IMG/VR virus record: IMGVR_UViG_3300035703_000010
Location: 140,652-204,651 of that record
Direction: 5' to 3' (one strand)
Length of the DNA: 64,000 bases
Under the pieces are notes generated by a model. It saw only the letters and a list, made by a program, of their open reading frames with translations, ran no database searches and had not been told where the DNA came from. Below, in pieces: positions 55,816 through 63,999 of this stretch. A program made the position numbers and the translations under genes. How positions within the stretch are numbered: the stretch's first letter is position 1; every line of letters starts with the position of its first letter.

Positions 55816-56118
55816 TCAAGTCCCGCCAGCACCACCGGCACCAGGAGATCCGCCAGTTCCTGGAGCGCCTCCAGCTCCAACACTGCTAGAAGCTGAAGAA
55901 CTATCTACGCTAGACATTCCGCCTGTACCTTGTTGACCTCCAGAAGAAGCTGTAGAACCTCCTTGACCAGACTCAGAAGTCCCACCAGCTCCTCCTTGAC
56001 CAGATGCTGAGGAAGCGACGACTGATGAAGGTGAAGACTCATCTGTATCGCACTTTTTCTCTTCGCACCCAACAACTAGAGAAGCCAAACAAATAAAAGC
56101 AAAAGTATTCTTAAACAT
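55816..56118 (-). CDS. Lipoprotein with a Gly/Ser-rich low-complexity tail
   Basis: MFKNTFAFICLASLVVG-C then SSASGQGGAGGT.. repeats; SD AAAGGA. Confidence 0.7.
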   Translation of the reverse strand: MFKNTFAFICLASLVVGCEEKKCDTDESSPSSVVASSASGQGGAGGTSESGQGGSTASSGGQQGTGGMSSVDSSSASSSVGAGGAPGTGGSPGAGGAGGT

Positions 56119-56193
56119 TTTATATCCTTTCATCTCACAAGAGATGAAAACATTATACAACACTATAAAACGATTTTTTACTTAATTAAAGCT

Positions 56194-56754
56194 TTATTTT
56201 CCTTTAAGAATTTTAGAAACTGGTTTTCTAGACCACATTCTGCAACTCCAGTAAGCTGCTTTTGTTCTATTAGAAGCTCTTGGTGTACCACACCCATGCC
56301 TTGCTCGGAAAGATTTTCTGGCTTTTGGATTATCTCTACGAATTTCCATGTTTGGATCACCAAACTCTACCTTTTTAACGTTTCCTGTCTTAGGATCTTT
56401 GACGTATACTTTGTATTTTTTTACGTCACCTTTCATAGGTTTTCCTAACTTGACTTCTCTTCCTTTGTATTTTGCTTCAACGATACATTCTCTTACTGAT
56501 TCATAATCAAGTTCAAATTGTTCAAAAACGTTCAAGTTTTGTAACATGATTCCTTCAGCAACGATTTGTTCTACTACTTCTTCAGGAAGATCTTCTTCTT
56601 CTATTCCATCTGGAAACCCCGCATAATAAAGCTGGTCAAGCTCGTCTGGTTCTAATGGTTCTCCAGTGGATGGTTCGTATCGACCAGGAGGATAGTTAAT
56701 TTGAGACAAAGACTCTCTAATTAATTGCTTTAAATTTGTGATTGATATCTTCAT
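56194..56754 (-). CDS. Leader-bearing protein with a basic C-terminal domain
   Basis: MKISITNLKQLIRES; IVEA-KYKGREV..SFRARH.C..AAYWSCRMW. Confidence 0.65.
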   Translation of the reverse strand: MKISITNLKQLIRESLSQINYPPGRYEPSTGEPLEPDELDQLYYAGFPDGIEEEDLPEEVVEQIVAEGIMLQNLNVFEQFELDYESVRECIVEAKYKGREVKLGKPMKGDVKKYKVYVKDPKTGNVKKVEFGDPNMEIRRDNPKARKSFRARHGCGTPRASNRTKAAYWSCRMWSRKPVSKILKGK

Positions 56755-56788
56755 ACGATATTTGATATATATCCTTTAAGGTAAAGAT

Positions 56789-57190
56789 ATGCACGATAAC
56801 ATGAATGGAAAAGACTGGAATGAAGGTCATCCAGACCATGAAGGAGAAATGGCTGTTTCTCAGCTTCATCGGTTGGTTGATATGGCGCAAATGTTACTAG
56901 ACGTCATTGGAGAAAATGATGAGTTACCTGCTTGGGTACAATACAAGTTAGGTAGATCTTATACTGATTTATCTGATGTTTTCGGATATATTGAGTCAGA
57001 ATCTCATCAAGGAATTCAATACGATCAACATGGAATGATGTTGCCAAACATCGATTCTCAAGTTTCTGAAGCGAAAAAAAGAGGTCTTTGGTATAACATT
57101 CACAAAAGACGAAAAGCAGGGAAAAAACGTCGCAAACCAGGCGAAAAGGGATATCCTGACGCAAAAGCTTGGAAAAAATTGACCAAATAA
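56789..57190 (+). CDS. DHEGEM..LPAWVQ domain protein with a basic tail
   Basis: Paralogous domain with 6017..6553; SEA-KKRGLWYNIH. Confidence 0.6.
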   Translation: MHDNMNGKDWNEGHPDHEGEMAVSQLHRLVDMAQMLLDVIGENDELPAWVQYKLGRSYTDLSDVFGYIESESHQGIQYDQHGMMLPNIDSQVSEAKKRGLWYNIHKRRKAGKKRRKPGEKGYPDAKAWKKLTK

Positions 57191-57221
57191 GTTAAGTTAA
57201 TTAAATTTTGAGAATTATTAC

Positions 57222-57377
57222 ATGATTATGATAGCATGTCATATGATCATTGCTACTCTAGCAATTGGTCTATTCGTTTGCACGTTAAAAATAAAGTCTA
57301 ATCCAAAGATTCCAAAGCCATCATTTTCTAGCAGCAGAAGCGTTGACTTTCCCGACGATTTTGATTTTTGGAATTAA
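57222..57377 (+). CDS. Small membrane protein (51 aa, not in the ORF track)
   Basis: MIMIACHMIIATLAIGLFVCTL..DFDFWN. Confidence 0.4.
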   Translation: MIMIACHMIIATLAIGLFVCTLKIKSNPKIPKPSFSSSRSVDFPDDFDFWN

Positions 57378-57431
57378 TGTTATTTATCGAATATTCATTT
57401 TGCTGATAGGTACTTATAATCAAGGTATCTA

Positions 57432-58598
57432 ATGAGTATTTTTAGAGAACACAAGACAGTCGCTGATCGTACGGCTTCTGACCGTAGAAGACATAAGCAT
57501 AAGATTGAAAAAGCCATACGAGAAGGTATTCATCATATCGTTGCTGATGAAAGCATTATCAGCAAAGATGGAAAACAAAAATATCGTATCCCAGTAAGAG
57601 GAATAAAAGAATATCGTTTCGTATACGGAAGTAACGGTAAACAAGTTGGATCTGCTCCTGGGAGAGATGTAAAACGAGATCAAAAAATTGGTGATCCTCC
57701 GCCTCAAGGCCAGGGAGGGCAACCAAACAAGGCAGGTGGCGATAAAGGTGAAGAATATTATGATGTTGAAATTACGCACGAAGAGTTAGCTGAATATCTC
57801 TTTGCGGAATTAAAACTTCCAGAACTTCAAAGAAGACAATTAAAAAACATTGAATCAGAAAAGCTGAAAAGAAAAGGTTATCGTCCACAAGGAATCATGC
57901 CGAGGTTGGACAGGAAGAAGTCTGCAATTGCTCGCATCAAGCGAATGAAGGCTGCTGGATTTGATCCTGAAAAAGCCGAAGACGGAGAAACCTTCTCTTT
58001 TCATGAAGATGATCTTGTTTATCGACACTACAAGATGAAGAAAAAGCCATGCACAAATGCCGTTATTTTCTTCGTCATGGATGTTAGCGGATCGATGTCA
58101 CAAGAAAAGAAGTTTCTCGCAAGATCGTTCTTCTTCCTTCTATACCAATTTCTTCGTCTTAAGTATGAAACGATTGACATCGTCTTCATATCTCATGATA
58201 CCGAAGCTAAAGAAGTTGAAGAAAAAGAATTTTTTACAAAGGCTTCGACAGGAGGAACTAGAGCTTCTTCAGCTATATCAATGACGAACGATATTATAGA
58301 GAAGAGATATCATCCTTCATCATGGAACATTTATTTGTTTCAATGTTCTGATGGTGATAATTTTTCCGATGATAATGAGAAATTTATACAAGAAGTTCAA
58401 AAAGCTATGTCAGTTTCGCAGCTATATGGTTATTGCGAAATTGAACCTGAAACAAGCTGGATGTCAGAACCTGGAAGATTGTATGGGTTATTGCGGCCTC
58501 TTCAAGGAAACGTTTTAAAAGAAGTTAGAATTCAAAAACGAGAAGATGTGTGGCCAGCATTCATGAGTTTAATGAACGGCGCGAAGGAGGATGAGTGA
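57432..58598 (+). CDS. yeaH: YeaH/YhbH-family (DUF444) von Willebrand A domain protein
   Basis: D..RH..I..AI, IPVRGIKEYRFVYG, MIDAS FFVMDVSGSM, GGT..SSA, WNIY.FQCSDGDN. Confidence 0.93.
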   Translation: MSIFREHKTVADRTASDRRRHKHKIEKAIREGIHHIVADESIISKDGKQKYRIPVRGIKEYRFVYGSNGKQVGSAPGRDVKRDQKIGDPPPQGQGGQPNKAGGDKGEEYYDVEITHEELAEYLFAELKLPELQRRQLKNIESEKLKRKGYRPQGIMPRLDRKKSAIARIKRMKAAGFDPEKAEDGETFSFHEDDLVYRHYKMKKKPCTNAVIFFVMDVSGSMSQEKKFLARSFFFLLYQFLRLKYETIDIVFISHDTEAKEVEEKEFFTKASTGGTRASSAISMTNDIIEKRYHPSSWNIYLFQCSDGDNFSDDNEKFIQEVQKAMSVSQLYGYCEIEPETSWMSEPGRLYGLLRPLQGNVLKEVRIQKREDVWPAFMSLMNGAKEDE

Positions 58599-59905
58599 TG
58601 GATTATAAATTAGAAGACCTAAAAGTGTGGGATGAAAGAATCGTCGCTCTAGCTAAAAAGCACAATCTAGATTGGTTTGAACTAGATTACGAGGTCATCG
58701 ATTATCATGAAATGATCGGTGCCATGGTCCATCATGGCATGCCATCCATGTATTCTCATTGGTCGTTTGGAAAGTCTTTCGAACAAACGATGAATCGTTA
58801 TAATCTCGGAGCCGAAGGACTACCTTACGAGCTAATCATCAACAGTGATCCTTCTCTTGCTTATCTCATGAGAGAAAATCCGTTATACCTCCAGATTCTC
58901 ATCATGGCTCACTGCGTTGGACATTCAGATTTCTTCAAGAACAACAGAATGTTCAAGAACACACGTCCAGAATCCGTGATCCAACGTTTGCGTTCTGCCA
59001 AGAAGAGAATTCAAAAGTACGTGGAAGATCCCCACATCGGAATTGATGCAGTAGAAAGAACGTTAGACGCATGTCAGGCTCTTCAGTTTCAAACGACAAA
59101 GTATGGTCAAGTTCGTCGCCCTCATGCCGAGATAAAAGCAGAATACATCGAATTGATCAACAACGATAAAGACGGAAAATACAAAAACTTCAACATCGAT
59201 ATCGTTCCACTAGAACCAGACTACGATCTTCTTGGATTCATCGAAGAAAACGCTAGGATTCCAGAGTGGAAGCGCGATATCATCCATGTTTGCCGAGAAG
59301 AAGGTCAGTATTTCTGGCCACAAATTCAAACGAAGATCATGAATGAAGGTTGGGCTTCATACTGGCATTACACGCTTTGCCACGAGCTCGAGCTTCCTGG
59401 TGAACTTCACCTTCCAATCGTCAAGATGCACAATGCCGTCGTCAGACCACACATCGGAGCAATTAATCCTTACCACCTTGGATTCCATCTTTTCCAAAAG
59501 ATAAAGGAACGTCATGGAATTGAAGAGTGCTTCTTGGCTCGCGAGGTTTGTTACGACTCATCGTTCTTGCGTCAGTATCTTACTGAAGAAGATTGCATCG
59601 ATTTAAATCTTTTTTCTTATTCTTTCAAGAAAAAGATTGGAATCACGGTTGATGACGTTTCTGACGAAAGAGGATGGAAACAAGTAAAAGAAGATTTAAT
59701 TTCAAACGTTGCGGGAGGATCAATTCCTGTCGTATATGTAGATGAAGTAAAAAAAGATAGAATGCTAATTGTTCGTCATGAACATGAAGGTAGAGATTTA
59801 GACATAAAGCATGCAAATGAAGTAGTTGAACACATAAAAAATTTATGGGATGGTCAGGTTAAGTTTTATACGATGTTAGAAGACGAACCTTGGGAAATTG
59901 ATTAA
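58595..59905 (+). CDS. spoVR: SpoVR/YcgB-family protein
   Basis: GMPSMYSHWSFGK, YELIINSDP, AHCVGHSDFFKNN, TKIMNEGWASYWH, NPYHLG. Confidence 0.95.
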   Translation: MMDYKLEDLKVWDERIVALAKKHNLDWFELDYEVIDYHEMIGAMVHHGMPSMYSHWSFGKSFEQTMNRYNLGAEGLPYELIINSDPSLAYLMRENPLYLQILIMAHCVGHSDFFKNNRMFKNTRPESVIQRLRSAKKRIQKYVEDPHIGIDAVERTLDACQALQFQTTKYGQVRRPHAEIKAEYIELINNDKDGKYKNFNIDIVPLEPDYDLLGFIEENARIPEWKRDIIHVCREEGQYFWPQIQTKIMNEGWASYWHYTLCHELELPGELHLPIVKMHNAVVRPHIGAINPYHLGFHLFQKIKERHGIEECFLAREVCYDSSFLRQYLTEEDCIDLNLFSYSFKKKIGITVDDVSDERGWKQVKEDLISNVAGGSIPVVYVDEVKKDRMLIVRHEHEGRDLDIKHANEVVEHIKNLWDGQVKFYTMLEDEPWEID

Positions 59906-59936
59906 CTCTAGCCTTAGAAGAGGATACATATAAATT

Positions 59937-61874
59937 ATGAGCAGCATCAAGAAACAACTTTTACAACAAATTAAAACAGCACGCGAAGAATCTAGCAAGA
60001 CCAAAAAGTTTTCTGGAAACTTAATGGACTACATCGAGATGGTCGAAAAAGATCCATCCGTCGTCAAGTCCGCCCACAAACGTCTTCATGACGCTATCGA
60101 AGAACACGGCTCCTACGTGTTGCCGGATTCAGATCCAAGAAAGTTTAAGATTTTTGATGGCGAGAACATCAAGATTCACAAATACTTCGAAGGCGAGTTC
60201 TTCGGAATGGAAACCGTCATCGAGAAGGTCATGAGCTTCTTGTCATCCGCAGCTCACAAAGGTGAAGAGTCACGTCAGGTTCTTCTCCTCATGGGACCAG
60301 TCGGCGCTGGTAAGTCTGCCCTAACAGAGCACATCAAGAAGTCTCTTGAAGGCAAGAAGTACTACACACTAAAGGGTGATCCCCATCGTGGCGAACCTCT
60401 TCAGTTAATTCCAAGATCTCTTCGTCCTTCAGTAGAGTCAGCCATCAATGTGAAGATCGATGGTGACATCTCACCTGTCGCCCGTCACAAGCTTCTCAAC
60501 GATTACGCTGGCAAGTACGAGGACTTCGAGGTTGAAGAAGTTACCTTCTCGCAACGTGGTCGTCGTGGTGTAGCTTCTGTTCCTCCGATGGATGCTAACT
60601 CTCAAGACGTTTCCGTTCTCATCGGATCAGTCGATATTTCAAAGCTTGATAAGTTTGCAGAGGATGATCCAAGAGCTCTTTCTCTTAATGGTGCATTCAA
60701 CGTTGGTAATCGTGGCATCGTTGAACTCGTCGAGGTCTTCAAGAACGAGATTGAGTTCCTCCACACGATCATCACCGCGACCCAAGAGAAGCGCGTCCCA
60801 TCACCAGGCAAGTCAGACATGCTTCACTTCGATGGTGTCATCCTCGCACACTGTAACGAGGCTGAGTGGAATCGTTTCCAGTCAGAACACACCAATGAAG
60901 CCATCATGGATCGTATCGTAAAGATCTCAGTTCCTTACTGCCTTGAGCTTAACCAAGAGGTTAAGATCTATGAGAAGATGCTGGGTAAGTCAGAGTTTAA
61001 GTCACACATCGCTCCACACACCTTGAAGATTGCCTCAATGTTCTCCGTCATGAGTCGACTCAAGGATTCGGCTAAGTGTGACCTTCTCACCAAGATGAAG
61101 ATCTACAACGGTGAAGACGTCCTTGAAAAGGGACGCGTTCGTAAGGTCGACATCAAGGATCTCAGAGAAGAAGCTAAGCATGAAGGAATGGATGGAATTT
61201 CAACACGCTTCATTACGAAGGCTCTTGACAATGCTCTTACTGCATCCGACAAGAACATGATCACACCAATCTCTGTCATGGATTCTTTGACCAAGATGGT
61301 GAAAGAACAATTAATCGATGAACAATTTAAGTCAAAGTGCCTTGAGCTTCTTCAGAAGACTATCCGCGAAGAATATCTAAAGATTTTAGAGACAGAGATA
61401 GCAAAAGCTTTCATTACTGCTTATGAAGAACAAGCTCAATCTTTGTTTGAATCTTATTTAGATAACGCAGAGGCTTACACAACTCGTGCAAAGCTTAAGG
61501 ATAGAGTTACTAAAGAAGAAAGAAAGCCTGATGAACAATTTATGACTTCTATCGAAGAGCAAATTGGAGTTACAGGTTCTTCTCGTGACGGATTCCGCTC
61601 TGACGTTACTGCATACATGTTTGCAAAGATGCGCAGAGGAGAAAAGGTTTCTTATGCTACGTATGAACCTTTGAAGAATGCAATTGAATCATATTTGATT
61701 TCTTCAGTTCGCTCTATGGCACGAATTGTCACTAAGTCCAAGACTCGTGACGAAGATCAACAAAAGAAATACAGCGACATGGTTCAAACTATGATCAAAG
61801 ATTATGGTTATTCTGCAGAATCAGCAGAAGAGATTTTAGTCTTCGCTTCAAATAACCTTTGGAGAGACTCTTGA
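59937..61874 (+). CDS. prkA: PrkA/YeaG-family AAA+ ATPase/serine kinase
   Basis: FFGME, Walker A GPVGAGKS, NRGIVELVEVFK, ILAHCNEAEW, EGMDGISTRF, YSAESA. Confidence 0.96.
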   Translation: MSSIKKQLLQQIKTAREESSKTKKFSGNLMDYIEMVEKDPSVVKSAHKRLHDAIEEHGSYVLPDSDPRKFKIFDGENIKIHKYFEGEFFGMETVIEKVMSFLSSAAHKGEESRQVLLLMGPVGAGKSALTEHIKKSLEGKKYYTLKGDPHRGEPLQLIPRSLRPSVESAINVKIDGDISPVARHKLLNDYAGKYEDFEVEEVTFSQRGRRGVASVPPMDANSQDVSVLIGSVDISKLDKFAEDDPRALSLNGAFNVGNRGIVELVEVFKNEIEFLHTIITATQEKRVPSPGKSDMLHFDGVILAHCNEAEWNRFQSEHTNEAIMDRIVKISVPYCLELNQEVKIYEKMLGKSEFKSHIAPHTLKIASMFSVMSRLKDSAKCDLLTKMKIYNGEDVLEKGRVRKVDIKDLREEAKHEGMDGISTRFITKALDNALTASDKNMITPISVMDSLTKMVKEQLIDEQFKSKCLELLQKTIREEYLKILETEIAKAFITAYEEQAQSLFESYLDNAEAYTTRAKLKDRVTKEERKPDEQFMTSIEEQIGVTGSSRDGFRSDVTAYMFAKMRRGEKVSYATYEPLKNAIESYLISSVRSMARIVTKSKTRDEDQQKKYSDMVQTMIKDYGYSAESAEEILVFASNNLWRDS

Positions 61875-61906
61875 GATTCTGAGTAATTTAAAATAATCTA
61901 AAATAA

Positions 61907-61930
61907 AAGGCCAATGGAAACGTTGGCCTT
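61907..61930. terminator. Terminator-like hairpin after prkA
   Basis: AAGGCCAA-TGGAAACG-TTGGCCTT flanked by A/T runs between convergent genes. Confidence 0.7.
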
Positions 61931-62036
61931 ATTTATTTCTATTTTTTAAACGCCTATAGGCATAGGCAATCCCAGGTATAACGAATGTCCACGGTGTTGC
62001 TAGCACTATAAAAATTAAAATAGATTTATAGTTCAT
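61929..62036 (-). CDS. Possible 35-aa membrane peptide
   Basis: MNYKSILIFIVLATPWTFVIPGIAYAYRRLKNRNK. Confidence 0.35.
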   Translation of the reverse strand: MNYKSILIFIVLATPWTFVIPGIAYAYRRLKNRNK

Positions 62037-62043
62037 TATAAGA

Positions 62044-63348
62044 TTAAATATATTTTGCGCCTGGTTGTCGTTGGTCTTTTAATGCAACAAGGTCTGCAAC
62101 AACATAAGGTACTTCGTAAGAAAACGGACTGGGACCCATAATCCTAGTTTCTTTGTATAATCTTACAGGTTGAAATCTTGATTTTGCTGGCGGGTATGCA
62201 GATTCAAGGAACGGTCTTAGACCTTTGTGGCACCAGTACAAAAATCTTCTCTCATCCCATTTTGATCTATGAGACGGATCGCAGGTTGCTCCTATTCCTA
62301 ATGCATGAGGAGTATATGATAAAAACCATCCTCCTGGAACCAAGCATCTATAAATTTCATCCATCAGCCAGAAAGCATCAAGATCTTCGCCATGCTCAAG
62401 AAAATCAAATGCCCTGAAAGCGCCGATAGAGTTATCTTCAAAAGGAAGTTTTTTTGAACCAAAAACGTCATGAAACACGTCTGGATTTCCAGATATGTCT
62501 AGCGTTTTCCATCCAGGAGCTCCAAAGATACCGCCGCCTAGATCAAATTTAGGCAATCCTTTTACGTCACACTCTCTTGCGACTAAGTCATGTATGTACT
62601 TGTCGCGGAGCAACATAGGTTGAGCCTCGGCAGGTATTTCTAAGTTTTTTCCTTGGCCGCAAAGTCTTTGAATTTCATCACAGTTTTTAAGCCAAGTATT
62701 TTCGCCGTCTGCCCGTCTACGATAACCATAAAGAGGCTTTTCTATATATCGAAATTTTGTTTTTAAATACGTTCTTGCGATTAAATCAAAGTCATCAGCA
62801 ACGTTCAAAGTAACGTCATGACCTCCGACTTCATCATATACTGATTTTCTCCAAGCCCTGAAATGGTTAGGAGCATAAAGTATTTGACATATAGATCTAG
62901 CAGTGGGATGAAATGACCTTGTAGCAAGAAGATTTCTGCCTCTTATTTCACAAGGATAAGATTCCCATCCATACGCTTCACCGTATGTGAAGGGTTCTCC
63001 TGTAGCATCTACCCATTCTGCACAATCTGAATAAGCAAATCCGACTTCAGGATCTTCAAATGCCTTTTCTGCTTCAAGAAGAGCATTTTCAGCTAAAATG
63101 TCATCATGATCTAACTCAAGAAGAATTTCTCCATGAGCAGATTGGCATAGTTGCTTTTTTGCATCTCCTACGCCTTTCCATTCTCCTGTACTAATAATCC
63201 TAACTCTAGGATCTTTAGGAATATTATCTAAGTCAGGATTTCCATTAATTCCTATCAACCATTCAAATTCGACAGGTTGATCAACTAATGATTCCCATGC
63301 ATCTTTTAACCAAGTTGTATTATTAGTAGGAGTAAAAATTGATATCAC
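62044..63348 (-). CDS. GT2 glycosyltransferase fused to a class I SAM methyltransferase-like domain
   Basis: ISIFTPT, LELDHDD (DxD), DDFDL; C-terminal DLGGG..LPF..NSI..DFLEH..LVPGG. Confidence 0.85.
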   Translation of the reverse strand: MISIFTPTNNTTWLKDAWESLVDQPVEFEWLIGINGNPDLDNIPKDPRVRIISTGEWKGVGDAKKQLCQSAHGEILLELDHDDILAENALLEAEKAFEDPEVGFAYSDCAEWVDATGEPFTYGEAYGWESYPCEIRGRNLLATRSFHPTARSICQILYAPNHFRAWRKSVYDEVGGHDVTLNVADDFDLIARTYLKTKFRYIEKPLYGYRRRADGENTWLKNCDEIQRLCGQGKNLEIPAEAQPMLLRDKYIHDLVARECDVKGLPKFDLGGGIFGAPGWKTLDISGNPDVFHDVFGSKKLPFEDNSIGAFRAFDFLEHGEDLDAFWLMDEIYRCLVPGGWFLSYTPHALGIGATCDPSHRSKWDERRFLYWCHKGLRPFLESAYPPAKSRFQPVRLYKETRIMGPSPFSYEVPYVVADLVALKDQRQPGAKYI

Positions 63349-63364
63349 TCTGACATTTTATACA

Positions 63365-63673
63365 CTATTTTCCAGGTGGAAAATGTAATCCATCATCAGA
63401 AGGATATGAAAAATCAAATTTTTGATTCTTTAGTTTGGATAAATCTTGAGTTAATTGAGAAATTTTCTTTTCTTCATTTTTTACCCAAGTCGAAAGCTTC
63501 TCTTTGTTTTGATTTTGGTACAACTTTTCTAATGAATCTTGGATCGTTTCAGATAATTTTTCTCTAATTTGAACCAGAGATTCACGTTTTGAAGATGCAT
63601 TAGAAGAAAAAGACGCGCTTGAAACTAGCTCGTATAATACTACAAATTGTTCGGGTGTAAGTTGCAAGTTCAT
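63365..63673 (-). CDS. Hypothetical protein
   Basis: 102 aa, coupled to tilS. Confidence 0.5.
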   Translation of the reverse strand: MNLQLTPEQFVVLYELVSSASFSSNASSKRESLVQIREKLSETIQDSLEKLYQNQNKEKLSTWVKNEEKKISQLTQDLSKLKNQKFDFSYPSDDGLHFPPGK

Positions 63674-63999
63674 AGAGTTTTATCAATATACTTCTTGTCT
63701 AAAAGAATATTCAACCCATCGAGATATTTCTTCTTAATAACCTTGTGCAAACCTGGATTAACACGTAAGGCTTCTGGCACGATACGATGTCTAATCAAGT
63801 TACGCATGAATCGTAGATCGCAATTTGAACTATCCTCGATCCATCGAAGTTTCTTCCTCTCACACCAAGAGATAAACTCTGCCTTCGGTGTGATGAGGAA
63901 CGGATGAACCACGTTTCCACTTGCATATGGAATCAATCGTGATTCACCATGCAGAGAAGTAAAGATCCAGGTCTCTACAGCGTCATCTAGATGATGTGC
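63670..63999 (-). CDS. tilS: tRNA(Ile)-lysidine synthetase, 3' part (truncated by the window edge)
   Basis: Frame open to the edge: AHHLDDAVETW..HPFL..IEDSSN..MRNLIRH.IVP. Confidence 0.85.
   Translation of the reverse strand, partial: AHHLDDAVETWIFTSLHGESRLIPYASGNVVHPFLITPKAEFISWCERKKLRWIEDSSNCDLRFMRNLIRHRIVPEALRVNPGLHKVIKKKYLDGLNILLDKKYIDKTL

Noticed and set aside
783-63907. Many antisense or alternate-frame ORFs in the track (for example 783..1091, 9834..10097, 42692..43243, 45313..45747, 48558..48977, 57429..57779, 60592..60921)
   Set aside because: They are shadows of well-supported genes, with no motifs or RBS of their own; those in the collagen region arise from repeat periodicity
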